Shown: positions 39,011-51,934, counted from the stretch's first letter. The stretch is 64,000 bases of DNA from Malacoraja senta (GCA_038087875.1 CM075990.1:15254001-15318000), one strand, 5' to 3'. Numbers and translations are program-made. The notes: generated from the sequence alone by a model not told the origin.

Positions 39011-40204
39011 GCGTCCATTTTTCCTTCTGGTGCCAGTGCCATAAAAAGACACTGCAATGGAGGCAGGTCCTTCAACCCAACCAATCCATACTGATCATCA
39101 ATTGGTAATGATGTGTGTTAACTTGTTATTGCGGATATGGTGAAAAACTTTGTTTTGCAAGCTCATGGACAAATCATTCATACACGAGTGCAATCATATG
39201 GAACATAAGGACAATAGGTAGCACGTAAAGAGAAAATCAATGTAGTTCATAATATAGAATTACACCTACAGCTATAGAGCAGACTGAAACAAAATTGCAA
39301 GGGATGCAACAAGGTGGATTTTATGATCAGGAATACATAGAGTCATAGAGTCATTGAGAAATCTCCAAATAAAAATGAACAAATGTTTCCATTTATTATA
39401 AATCCATTAATTGTGTAGCATGCCAGATCGAATGCTAGCTTAAGGCAACAGTTGAACAACAGTGTGTCATTGAATTTTGTGTGTCTGCTGAACAAAATAG
39501 AACAGGAAATACACAATTAGGAGTTTGGATGTGAATCTCATAAACTGTGCAATGGGGATATCAACATCCACTCCCGGTACTGGCAAAGTACGATCTAAAA
39601 GGCTTTGATCAGATGAAGTAAGAGAAGGAAAAGGCCACTCTGCCCCTCGAGTCTGTTCTGTCATTCATATAGTCATAGAGTGATACAGTGTGGAAACAGG
39701 CCCTTCGGCCCAACTCGCCCACACCGGCCAACAATGTCCAAGCTGCACTAGTCCCACTTGCCTGCGCTTGGTCCATATCCCTCCAAACCTGTCCACAGCT
39801 TATGAGAGGACGGTTCAAGTGTTTGACAAACAGCATCAAAGAAGCTGCTGTTGTTGACTTGTGGCACATGCTTTCATGTTATTGAATGTTGTGCCTGATG
39901 GGAGAGGGGAGAATGACCAGGGTGTGAAATATAGATGGAGTCAATGGGGAAGGAAGGCTGGTTTGCATAATGGACCACCCATTACACTAATGCAACATGA
40001 ATCTGATTCTTAACAAAAACTAAATATATGTAAAGCTTGATTGTAATCAGGTATAGTTTTTTCTGACTAGATAATGCGCAACAAAAATGATTTTCGCTGC
40101 ACCTCGGGACACGTGACAATAATAAACAAAACTATATTAATCTATCTATGACTCATGAGTCACAGAGTCACACAGTGTAGAATCAGGCCCTTCTGGACAA
40201 GTTG

Positions 40205-40465
40205 GCCATTGTGGGCAAATTGGCCCACACCAGCCAACTTGTCCCACCAATTTGCCCACACCAGCCAACTTGTCCCACCAATTTGCCCACACCAGCCAAC
40301 TTGTCCCATCTACACTTGTCCCACCAATTTGCCCACACCAGCCAACTTGTCCGCTCTACACTTGTCCCATCAATTTGCCCACACCGGCCAACTTGTCCCA
40401 TCTACACTTGTCCCATCAAATTGTCCACACCGGCCAACTTGTCCCATCAACACTTGTCCCACCTG
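40205..40465. repeat. Minisatellite (about 29- and 44-bp units) expanded within a CR1 3' UTR
   Basis: Unit ccaatttgcccacaccagccaacttgtccca, with or without tctacacttgtccca; about 6 copies. Confidence 0.88.
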
Positions 40466-41830
40466 CCCGCCTTTGGCCCATGTCCCTCTAAACCAGTCCT
40501 TTCCACGTACCATTCCTAAATATGCCTCAACTACCTCCTCCAGCGGGTTGTTCTATATTCCCATCACACTCTGTGTAAAAAAAGTTACTCCTCAGGTTCC
40601 TATTAAATATTTCCCCCCTCACCTTCAATCTATGACCTTAAACCCAAGCCCCGTGGCTTGGGGGAGAAAATTAAATCCAAGTTGGTCCATAATTTTGAAC
40701 CTGAAACATCTTTGTCATGGTGTGCTACAGAGATGGCGATGTTGAGAGATTTTGTAAAGAAGGGTCGTTGTCTACAGGTGAATCCATTATACTGCCTGGT
40801 GCTATTAAATCAAGCGGAGTATGATTAGAGCTCGGGCAACGCTTTGCTCCCAGATAACACACCAGTGTAATTGAATTCTGACAACATCCTTACAAAGTGA
40901 TCTTGGCAAAAAACTATTATTTATGTGCTATCGTGACACTATCATTTCTGAATCTATGTTGGCCAGCAGTTGTCTCCTAAGCACATAAATTTTTCTCGGG
41001 TTCAAAAGCTTAGACCCTACCTCCAATTTTCAAGCCAGTGTTTACCGAGCTATCAGGTGTTTCCTGTGAACAAACAGCTCCCTTCTTCGCCCTGGTAAGA
41101 TGTCCCCTTTTTCATCTATCCAAGGCTTATCAAAAACACAATTTAATTACAGCTCCCAAAAGTGTAAACACAGCTTCTTTTTATCTTGTGATACATCTGG
41201 ACAAGTAGACAATGTGCTAAAACAGAATAAATCTGCCCTGACAGTCACATCAAAGGGTTCAGCCAAGGGCTTGCAGCTACTTAATGCAATGGAATGTTGT
41301 TGCTAGGCATCAGCCTGCAACCTATCAGCCTTATAAAGAAGAGGGTTTTTTTCCAGTGGTTTGATAAAAGTGAGAGAATGGGAACTAGGAAGTGAAAAAG
41401 ACTTCAGAATCTTAAGAGATTTAGAAGCTTAAATCAAAATAGTTCAGTGTTTTTTCTGCTTTGCCACCAAATAAAGTTGCCGATTTTTACGGTGCAAGAT
41501 AACAGTCTAAACCTGTCGATATTTTCCCTTTTGGGCTCCCTGTCACTTTTGAGGAGGCAGGGTTTCTTGTTAAAGCCATGTACTTACACATACAATGATA
41601 TGAGAGACAAGAGATGACAACTAATGTGCTTGGCCTGTGTAGCTGGAGAATGATGAGGGATGGGAATCTCCAGTCCCAACACTTAAAAGCCACTTTATCA
41701 GTTGAAAGATGAGCTAATGGGTTTAGAACATCAGAATTCTAATGCAACTTACTAGTTATTACGGAAAATGCTGCAACAATAACACATTCCATTTGTACAG
41801 CAGCAAAACAGCCAAACAGGATGACTTTTA

Positions 41831-42182
41831 AGGGCCTGTCCCACTGTACGAGGTAATTCAAGAGTTCTCCCGAGTTTTCCCCTGATTCGAACTCGGAGAA
41901 TGTCCATAGCGGGTCCGTAGGAGTTCGTGGATGTCTCCTAGCGGCTCGTAATGCTAACGGTAGGTACTCGGGAAATCCGGTAAACTTGACATTTTTTCAA
42001 CACTGCAAAAAAATGTCGAGTAAAATAATACTCATGATGAAAAAAATGGTTACTTTTTAATCGTACGAGCCGCTACGAGACATCCACGAACTCCTATGGA
42101 CCCGCTACGGATGTTCTCCGAGTTCGAATCAGGGGGAAACTCGGGAGAACTCTTGAATTACCTCGTACGTGAGACAGGGGCT
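41831..42182. mobile_element. Harbinger-like MITE with about 120-bp TIRs
   Basis: 41831-41950 is inverted at 42064-42182; flanks tta/taa. Confidence 0.85.
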
Positions 42183-42844
42183 TAACGGGAGTTTCACAGA
42201 ATAAATCAAGGAGGTAGAAGGGCAGAAAGACAAAAGGTTAAAAGTCAGGATTGATAGTAAAGAGTAGGAAGGAACTGCAGATGCTTGATTACACCGAAGT
42301 TAGACACAAAATGCTGGGGTAACTCAGCGGGTCAGGCAGCATCTCTGGAGAGAAGGAATGGGTGACGTTTCGGATTGAAGGCAGCAAACTCTACCACTGC
42401 TCAACTGCTCCGCCCCAATGGTAAGAGTAAGTTGATGCTCAAGTCCATGGTGACATGCGAATAATAATCTATGGAATACCGTTGACCTCTGAGATCTTTC
42501 CAAAATGGGAAAAGTAGGGAAAGTCTCCACTGCTTTGCCCAATTTAAGCACCTTAATCTCCTTATGAAGAGGTTGTCTGAATTGATTGTAAAGTGAGATA
42601 CTGCTGAATTAAGAATAATATTATTTTCTTTAACTAGTGCACAAAGCTCTGCATATCCACATAACTGCATTGTGGATTATAAATATGATTTATTAAAGAC
42701 AGTCATGGTCTTTGTAAAGGTTGCTTGTTGAGTCAGCTTTACCCTTCAGCTTTGTGTTTTGAATACAAAACACATCTCAATATTTGCTTCCCCATCCTTG
42801 TATTTACAATCAAGTCCTTTCTTTTTCATTAGCAATATAAAGGA

Positions 42845-43485
42845 AACAGAGACATAGAAACATAGAAAATAGGTGCAGGAAGAGGCCATTCGGCCCTTCA
42901 AGCCAGCACCGCCATTCATTGTGATCATGGCTGATCGTCACCAATCAATAACCCGTGCCTGCCTTCTCCCCATATCCCTTGATTCCACTAGCCTCTAGAG
43001 CTCTATCTAACTTTCTCTTAAATCCATCCAGTGACTTGGCCTCCACTGCCCTCTGTGGCAGGGAATTCCACAAATTCACAACTCTCTGGGTGAAAAAGGT
43101 TTTTCTCACCTCAGTCTTAAATGACCTCCCCTTTAATCTAAGACTGTGGCCCCTGGTTCCGGACTCGCCCAACATTGGGAACATTTGTCCTGCGTCTAGC
43201 TTGTCCAGTCCTTTTATAATTTTACATGTTTCTATAAGACCTCCCCTCATCCTTCTAAACTCCAGTGAATACAAGCCTAGTCTTTTCAATCTTTCCTCAT
43301 ATGACAGTCCCGCCATCCCAAGAATCAATCTCGTGAACCTACTACACTGCACAGCCTCAATCACAAGGATGTCCTTCCTCAAATTAGGAGACCAAAACTG
43401 TACACAATACTCCAGATGTGGTCTCACCAGAGCCCTATACAACTGCAGAAGAACCTCTTTACTCCTGAAATCCTCTTGTTATGAA
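42845..43485 (-). mobile_element. CR1 LINE 3' fragment
   Basis: YRALVRPHLEYCVQFWSP...FFTQRVVNLWNSLP; (tttctatg)n tail. Confidence 0.92.
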
Positions 43486-43941
43486 CAAGTTATAATGACA
43501 GACAATTTGACAGTGTGATTGTATCACAATGTGATCCCTATTTAAAATTATGAGCCAGAAGAGGATGTGAAAAGAAACTGCAACTAAGATGAAATCCTTC
43601 CTGGTAGGCAGGTGGGAAAGGACCTAGAAACAAGCTGCTGGAGGACATAAAGTGCTGGAGTAATTCCAGGGCTTAGTGTCCTTTTTTGTAAACAGAATCT
43701 GCAGTTCCTTGTTTCTACATTTAAGGAACAGGTTCCTCCGGCTGCTTAAATACCTCCAGTGATCCAGCCTCCACAACCCTCCTGGAGAGTGATTTGCAGA
43801 CATTGATAAGAATGTGGGGAATTGGCCAGAAGGAGACTAGAACTATCACCAAGGTCACCAAAAGCAGTTGCCAAGAGCTGCAAGGCAATTTCTCAGAATA
43901 ACTGATCCTAGGAAGTATATTAATTATCTGTGGGAAAATAC

Positions 43942-44043
43942 TAGTTAGACAAAAATGCTGGAGAAACTCAGCGGGTGCGGCAGCATCTATGGAGCGAAGG
44001 AAATAGGCGACGTTTCGGGTTGAGACCCTTCTTCAGACAATAC
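43942..44043 (-). mobile_element. Short Penelope-tail insertion
   Basis: 12-bp TSD gtgggaaaatac (43930-43941, 44044-44055). Confidence 0.82.
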
Positions 44044-45370
44044 GTGGGAAAATACCGCTCTAATATAGTGCCTAACCGTGTTTAGGAATAAGGATTTTGT
44101 CACAGAATATATGGACCTAAGTCAAAGAATATTATAGTCGTACGACATGGAAACAGACACTTTGGCCCACCAAGTCCACACCAACGATCAACCAGATATA
44201 TTAACTCAATTTTTAAAATTCACCTTCAATGGTCAACGATTCACCTCAGATGCCACTCATATACATACTAAGAGTAATTTAAAGTAACTAATTTACCTGA
44301 TAACGTACATCTTTGAGATCTGGTAGGAAACCAGCGCACCGGGAAGAAACCTACAAGGTCATGGGAAGAACACACAAACTCCACATTGACAGCACCCGAG
44401 GTCAGAGTTGAATTCGGATTCTCAGGTGGTTCAAGGCAATAGCTCTGCTAAATGTGCCACTATATTTCTGCTCAAAATCACAGAGAAACAGACTACGGGT
44501 GAAACAAATTGTTGGATACAGTACACGTACACTGACATTTGGGAGATGCAGCTGTGTAAAGTCAGCAGGTGTAGTTTTGTGTCTGCGTCTCAATTCAATT
44601 CTAAGCCACCCCTTTTGGAAGCTTTACTCAGTGGAAGAAGTTCAACTATCAGAACTGCAGTCCTGTGCTCTTAATGCCAACCTCAGTCAATGAGAAAGGA
44701 TGCAAAGGCTCCCAAAACACGTTCTCCTTGAAATTCACAGAGATCATCAAAAATCACAGACATCAGCAAAAATCTGCGAGGTGAGCCTCTAAATCCAAGC
44801 GCTAACCAGATATCACTGCTTAGTGATATTCCTGGTGCTGGAGTAAATTAACATTACATTCTCCCCAAATGGAGGCTAGTTTACTGCTCCATCATTTATT
44901 TTTTTCATTTCTCACTCACTTTAATCCTCCGTTTTACTTCTCATTGTTCCATTTCACATCTGGTGCATAAGACAAATAAAATCTCTTGAAATGATCCCAT
45001 CTGGTTTATTCATCATCACCAAAATTGGATTACATTGAAAATGATAGTGCGTTGGTAACGACACATCCAGACCATTAACTTCCCCAATTTAGCCATGTCG
45101 CATGTATTAGCGCATTTAAAGCTGATTTGTTTTTGCTGCACGTGTGGGAAAGAACTGCAGATGCTGGTTTAAATCGAAGATAGACACAAAGTGCTGGAGC
45201 AACTCAGCGGGACAGGCAGCATCTCTGGAGAGAAGGAATGGGTGATGTTTCGGGGCGAGATGCTTCTTCAGGCTGAGAGTCAGGGGAGAGGGAGACAGAG
45301 ATATGGAAGGTACACAAAAATGCTGGAGAAACTCAGCGGGTGCAGCAGCATCTATGGAGCGAAGGAAATA

Positions 45371-45405
45371 GGTAACGTTTCGGGCCGAAACCCTTCTTCA
45401 GACTG
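45371..45405 (-). ncRNA. Minimal hammerhead ribozyme-like motif in Penelope tail
   Basis: Minus strand reads agt-CTGAAGA-a-GGGT-TTCG-GCCC-GAAAC-GTT-acc: CUGAnGA and GAAA cores, stem II with UUCG loop, palindromic ACGT in place of stem III. Confidence 0.65.
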
Positions 45406-45517
45406 ATAGGGGGTGGGGAGAAGAAAGGAAAAAAGGAAAAGGAGGAGGAGGAGCCCGAGGGCTGGGGGAGGGGAGGAGACAACCAGATGGCTGATGCAGG
45501 GGAGGGGACAGCCAGGG

Positions 45518-46751
45518 CTAGCAGAATTGGGAGAATTCAACGTTCAGGCCACCAGGATGTAGACTGCCCAAGCGGAATATGAGGTGCATTTCCTCCAATT
45601 TACGGTGTTGCTCGCTGTGGCCATGGAGGAGACCCAGGACAGAGAGGTCAGATACGGAATGGGAGGGGGAGTTGAAGTGCTGAGCCACCGGGAGTTCAGG
45701 TTGGTTATTGCGGACCGACCGGAGGTGTTCGGCGAAACGATCGCCAAGCCTCCGCTTGGTCTCACCGATGTAGATCAGCTGGCATCTAGAGCAGCGAATG
45801 CAATAGATGAGGTTGGAGGAGATGCAGGTGAACCTCTGTCGCACCTGGAACGACTGCTTGGGTCCTGGAATGGAGTGGAGGGGGGAAGTGAAGGGACAAG
45901 TGTTGCATCTCTTGCGGTTGCAAGGGAAAGTACCAGGGGAGGGGGTGGTATGGGAGGGAAGGGAAGAATTGACAAGGGAGTTACGGAGGGAGCGGTCTTT
46001 GCGGAAGGCAGACATAGGGGGAGATGGGAAGATGTGGCGAGTGGTGGGGTCATGTTGGAGGTGGCGAAACTGACGGAGGATCACTTGTTGTATGTGACGG
46101 CTGGTGGGGTGAAAGGTGAGGACTAGGGGGACTCTGCCTTTGTTGTGAGTGGGGGGATGGGGAGAGAGAGCAGTGTTGCGGGGTATGGCAGAGACCCTGG
46201 TGCGAGCCTCATCTATGGTGGAGGAGGGGAACCCCCGTTCCCTGAAGAATGAGGACATTTCAGATGCCCTGGTGTGGAACGCCTCATCCTGGGAGCAGAT
46301 GCGGTGTAGACGGAGGAATTGGGAGTGGGGGATGGAGTCCTTACAGGAAGCAGGGTGGGAAGAAGTGTAGTCCAGATAGCCATGGGAGTCGGTAGGTTTG
46401 TAGTGGATGTCGGTAAGGAGTCTATCACCTGCGATGGAGATAGTGAGGTCAAGGAATGGTAGGGAAGTGTCGGAAATGGTCCAGGTGTATTTGAGTGCCG
46501 GATGGAAGTTGGTGGTGAAGCGGATGAAGTCAGTCAGTTGTGTGTGGGTGCAGGATGTGGCACCAAAACAATCATCGATGTAGCGGAGGTAGAGGTCGGG
46601 GATGGGGCCCTGGTACGCATTGAACAGGGATTGTTCTACGTACCCGACAAATAGGCAGGCGTAGCTGGGGCCCATGCGTGTGCCCATAGCTACGCCTTGT
46701 ATTTGGAGGAAATGGGAGGAGTCGAATGAAAAGTTATTAAGTGTAAGTACC
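45518..46751 (-). CDS. 5'-truncated Penelope-like (Neptune-type) RT + GIY-YIG endonuclease reading frame
   Basis: LTLNNFSF...QIQGVAMGTRMGPSYACLF, YLRYIDD, LPFLD, HYKPTD (PLE RT motifs); Cys linker CNRKRCNTC; GIY-YIG LIYCIRC...YIGETKRRLGDRFAEH. Open for about 410 codons. The first ~37 aa of the 448-aa track ORF come from the host repeat. Confidence 0.93.
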
Positions 46752-49700
46752 AGATATGGAAGGGTAAGGCGTGAAAATGAGAGATCAAAGAGGACAAAGC
46801 TCAGAGAAACTGTAGAATAGATCATTGTTAGCGAGGGGAGGGTAATAATGAAGCATACAGACATAAAACAATCAGGAAGACAGTCAGACTGGTCGGAGAA
46901 CTAGGATTGGGGAAGGGATTGAGTGAGAGGGAAAGCAAGGGTTACTTGAAGTTAGAGAAGTCGATAAGAGTTATGCTTAAAATCCATTCCTCATGATCCT
47001 ACTTCATTGCTACAACCAACAAGACCTGCAACAATTGAACAACCAGGTAACAGGAAATCAACATTTGGAAAGGGTTTGACAGTAAAGGTGAAACAGTTGT
47101 GTACTTTCAACACAAGCAATTATGATGAAGCTTGAACTGTGGAATTAACAATAACATGCGTGCCTCAGAGAGAACCTCCCTTTGCTTCAGGTCAGGACCT
47201 AGTTGAACCTGACAAGCAAATATGTCTTGATGATCAATGGTGCAAATAAGTATTTTAATAGACCTTGTTAGGTATAAACAAGTCCAGGGGCCAAGATGAG
47301 CGGTTCAGATGGAAGCAGTGAGAAATCAGCTTCATCACAGCACTTTCTTCAATTTAATAATTCTCCAGTGAGATGCAAATACGATATAATTCTTAATTTA
47401 GATTGAATTTATGAAGACACTGTTGATTGGCATGAATGAATATTCACCAAACAACCAATGCTGAGAAATGGTCAAATCCTCAACACCAATTGGGTGGGTA
47501 TGCGATGATGAGACTGAAAGAAGAGTTGTTGGGAAGACAAGGTGGTTTAACTTTGATGGTCCAATAGTGAGGATGTACCCAATTTCCATTCGCATTTGCC
47601 TTCAAAGTAAAATAATTTGAGCCCCATTATTTTTTTTTAAATCAGACTGGTAATAGTCTCAATTAGTCTCAATTGTCTCAATTAGTGCAAGGGAAATCAA
47701 ATTATTCTTAGCCCACGTGAGGGATTGAGTGAGCAACTAATGATTAGCATCTGCGGGCCATGATGGAAAGTGTGCATGTGCGTGTGTGTGTGTACATGTA
47801 CACGCAGGTGTGTGGGTGTGCATGCATTCATAAGTTCCAGAGGAGTGTAAGGTCAGGCATGAGCAGTTCCTGCAGCTCAATAACCCACGTGTTGGAGTAA
47901 CTCAACTGCCAGTCCCACATTGGGCAAACCAGCCACCTCAGAACCTGCTGAAGTCATCCTCGAACTGTAGGCACTGGCTCAGAAGATGATTGTGTCTTTA
48001 AAAAAACCCACTCATTTTTGTCAATTCGTCAAAAATACACCTCCTTACCTCGATTTTTTTTCCAATAATTTCCACTTCCCAATATTCCGGCTGCTGTCAT
48101 CAGTTTTTCTGCTTTCCCAGTGTCCGAATGATGAGTATTTGTCACTTCAAATGAAGAGACGTCATTGAAAACTCTTGCCCTGATATTTCAGTACTGGAGG
48201 GGCTGCTGTAATGTCAGTGGTTCATTGTACACCCAAGACACTATTTGCCTTTTCAGAAGGATTAAAATATTCCGTGGCATTACTCCCAGAGTGACAAGAA
48301 TGTTCTCCCAGTGTCTTTATTAAAATCACAGTGGCAGCTTCTCAGCTATTTCTCACTTTTCTGTTTTCGGGTGCACTTTTCTGTTTTCGGATACAAGAAG
48401 AAATTGCCATGTGAACAGGGACAAAGGATGTCGTCAAAGACTCCTTGGAAAAACATTATTCTCCATGGACTCGAGGGACTCTGGCCCTTGCTCACTCAAA
48501 GTGGAGAGAGAGCATTCAGGATGATATTGAGAGGTTCAAGGGCATGCAGCAGGAACATGCAGGTGGCCTGCATAGGTCTAGAAGGATGCATCTCCTCACA
48601 CACTATCCACCCACCTGCCTTGTCCACCCCAACTTGTCTCACCCATGGAAGAATCAAGAATTCCCATGTTAGTCCAATCCAATGAGCCACGTTGGAGCTA
48701 ATAAAATCAGAGTAGAAGAAAGGCACAAAAGGATACAGAGTGCTGGAGAAACTCAACAGGTCGGGCAACATCGCTGGAGAACATGGATAGGTGACGCTTC
48801 GTATCGAGACCTTTCTTCAGATTGAAGTAAATATCTGAACTGGAGAACTCCATGTTCACCAGAGATGCTGCATCTCCAGAGAGAAGGAACGGGTGAAGTT
48901 GAGGGTCGAGTCTGAGGAAGGATCTCGACCCAAAACATCACCCATTCCTTCTCTCCAGAGATGCTGTCCGTCAGGCTGAATTACTCCAGCATTTTGCGTC
49001 TATCTTCGTCTTTATCCGATAATTGGCTGCCATCTAAACTCTTTGCACATACAACTGATGAGCAATGAGTTTCCCTCATGTTAATCGTCTGAGAACTTGT
49101 CAGATGACCAAACTCATCTCTGCCACAAAAATCACATTTTCTACCTTTAACACATCACACCAATTTTCTGTTAATTGTCATCTGTCCCAGAATATGATAG
49201 CATTCTTGAGAATGGTTTGAATTACAATGTTCCAGGTACGGGGAGAATATTCTCGTGCAACAGTAATGCTACTGAATGTCAGAACTTAGACACTGTCTTG
49301 TTGGAGATGAAACTCTGTGGTGCAAATTAATTCATTGGGATTTTCAAACCTACGTAATTCTGACATTCCTCGTGCTGAGTTTTGAAGGCAAGGATAACTT
49401 CCCAAATCTATGAGAAACCTTGACAATTCCATAAATACAATAATAGGAATTATACAGTAATGCTAGTTAGTCTATTCACACCAGGGAACAGCTGTATTAT
49501 TCCAAGAATTGAAGTGATAAGCATTAACATCAGACAACCTTCAAGCATAACTCAGTCTCAGTTCCCTGGCATGACAAATGAAGCTCAAAAGGCAATGTTA
49601 TTATCTAAAAAGCCTGCAGAAAATCTTGCTTTCCATTTTTTGACATTCAGATGTATTGCATGCCTCATCAATAACTTTAGCCAATGCATTTTATTCTTGA

Positions 49701-49850
49701 TTCTGAGCCAGGGAGGATATTCCAGTGAAATCTTTGGACAAGAGGCTTTAGTGCCCTTGTTACAACTTCATCACTTAAAAGCATAAATTGGAGCAGGAAT
49801 TAGAAGAATTGTGTCCACCAGAAAAGAGCAGCAATTATCATCTTTCATTT

Positions 49851-49961
49851 GTTTAAGAAGGAACTGCAGATGCTGGAAAATCAAAGGTAGACAAAATGCT
49901 GGAGAAACTCAGCGGGTGATGCTGCCTCACCCGCTGAGTTTCTCCAACATTTTTGTCTACC
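49851..49961. mobile_element. Minimal fold-back Penelope-tail insertion
   Basis: 14-bp TSD atcatctttcattt (49837-49850, 49962-49975); about 33-bp inverted arms. Confidence 0.85.
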
Positions 49962-50159
49962 ATCATCTTTCATTTTCTTATGCTGCCAGTTGCTTCCCCT
50001 CGTCCACTGTTGAAGATCTTGGCCTGTATTGGGATATAATGAAGTGACCCGACCCGAAATGTCGCCCATCCATTTCCCAGAGATGTTGCCTAATCCACTG
50101 AGTTACTCCAGCATTTTGTGTCTATCATTTCCTGGGTATTTCACTCTGGTATCACGGCC

Positions 50160-50392
50160 GGCCCACTAACACTATCCTACACGCACTAGGAGCAATTTAC
50201 AATTTTACCAAAGCCAATTAATCTATAAACCTGTATGACTTTGGAGTGTGGGAGGAAACCGGAGCATCCGGAGAAAACTCACGCAGGTCACGGGGAGAAC
50301 TTACATACTCCGTACAGGCAGCACCCGTGGTTAGGATCGAACCAGGTCTCTGAAGCTGTGAGGCAGCAACTCTACCACTGCGCCACCATGCC
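50160..50392 (-). mobile_element. HE1-like SINE
   Basis: Reverse-complement match to other copies. Confidence 0.83.
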
Positions 50393-50415
50393 ACCCAGTA
50401 CATATAACTGGGAGC

Positions 50416-51030
50416 AAACTGGAGTTATGACCCTCGAGGTCCTGCTTTTTAAAATGCTGTCTAACTCTGCAGAACCTCATCCCTTTAGCTACCTACATCT
50501 GTAGTGACTTCCAGTAGCTCCCCTTCCCCTCTTGAAAATGTTCTGCAGCTCTGGCACCAAGGAGGCAACACACCATCTTGGAGTCTTGCTTCCTGCCATA
50601 GAATCTCCTATCTCCCCCCCTAACTAACGAGTCTCCTGCCCCAATCGCTCAGTCTGAGCCTCAGAGCCACGCCCAACACCACAGACCTGACTGCTGCTGT
50701 TGCTCTTCCCTCACCGTTCATCCTCTGTCAGTTTAGAACAGGACATAATTGTTTTGCAGAAGAACAGCCACGGGGAATTCCTGCACTCTCTGCCTACTCC
50801 TTTTCCCGGTGGCGACCTTCTATCTATGATGTTCTCAGTCTCCTGGTCGATCCCCAGGTCATCCAGCTGCTGCACCAGTTCCCTGATGCAGTCAGTAAGG
50901 AGCTGCAGCTGGATGCACCTCCCACAGTTAGAGTGGTCAAGGGACACTGGGATTCTCCACGACTTTCCACATCCTGGTGGGGGAGTACACAACTGCCATC
51001 TCCACTGCACAAAGGAAGGTTCACGAAAGA
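50416..51030 (-). pseudogene. Decayed CR1 ORF1 (Cys/coiled-coil N-terminus + SGNH/GDSL esterase pieces)
   Basis: CGRCIQLQLLTDCIRELVQQLDDL..ETENIIDR; hand translation from 50648 down gives AIGAGDSLVRGGDRRFYGRKQDSKMVCCLLGAR; later LKSRTSRVI. Confidence 0.8.
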
Positions 51031-51547
51031 CAGAAAAACACAATCTGTGTCTTAACCCATTTGTCCCCTTCTTCACCAAAGCCTCTCAAATCAAAGCCTT
51101 ACCATCCACAAAGCAGTTGCTGCTCCACACATCCACACCGCTAGGGCCTGCCTTCATCTATACACCCACGAGGAGCAGTCTCTCCAGGATGCTGACTGTT
51201 CTCAACTACTCAACTGGACCAGATCTTGCTAACTGCTGCTTTTTGTATAAAAGCCCCCACTTGTCAGCTACTGCTTTCAGCTGCTCAGCTGACACCGACC
51301 TTGTTAGCTGTTGATTGAAGGAGCTGCAGGTGCTCGTTTACGAAACAAGACACAATGTGCTGGAGTGACTCAGCGGGTCAGGGGATCATAGATTGCTGAT
51401 GTTTATCCCACATACTTCTCATTCTGATATACTTCAAAGATATCCCCTCTTAACTCCTCCACTCTCAAGGCAAAACAGGCTCTTCATTATCTCATAACTA
51501 AGTGCTCTATCCTTGGCATCATCCTGATCAATCTTCACTGGACCTTG

Positions 51548-51803
51548 TTTTAGTTTAAAGATACAGCATGGAAACAGGCCCTTTGTTCCACCGAGTCCGC
51601 GTCAACTAGCCAGCAATTATCCGCACACTAGTGCAATCCTACACACTCGGGGCAACCTACAGAAGTCAATTAACCTACAACCCTGCATGTCTTTGGGATG
51701 TGGGAGGAAGCCAGAGCACCCAAATAAAACCTACGCGGTCACAGGGAAAAGGTATGAACTCCACAGAGATAGCACCCAGGTTAGCTTTGAACCCAGGTCT
51801 CTG
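51548..51803 (-). mobile_element. HE1-like SINE
   Basis: Reverse-complement match to other copies. Confidence 0.78.
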
Positions 51804-51934
51804 ACACAGGGAAGGCTAAAGCCTGACAAGTTGTATGTGGATAGACACAAAATGCAGGAGTAACTCAGCAGGACAGGCAGCATCTCTGGAGAGATGGAAT
51901 GGGTGACGTTTCAGGTCGAGACTGTTCTTCAGAC

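Larger units (their letters stand above)
45311..46751 (-). mobile_element. Penelope-like retroelement insertion (ORF + 3' pLTR-type tail)
   Basis: Flanked by 12-bp direct repeat agatatggaagg (45299-45310, 46752-46763); tail carries the hammerhead-like motif. Confidence 0.9.
45143..46965 (-). mobile_element. Older non-autonomous Penelope-tail element hosting the 45311-46751 insertion
   Basis: 45143-45310 and 46752-46965 join into the same tail type seen at 4001-4417 and 10202-10865. Confidence 0.8.

Noticed and set aside
40205..40465. CRISPR-like array or repeat protein
   Set aside because: Tandem units without unique spacers, derived from a CR1 tail in eukaryotic DNA.
46752..46864. N-terminal ~37 aa of the 448-aa ORF as a true start
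   Set aside because: Lies in or beyond the TSD in the host repeat; the element is 5'-truncated.
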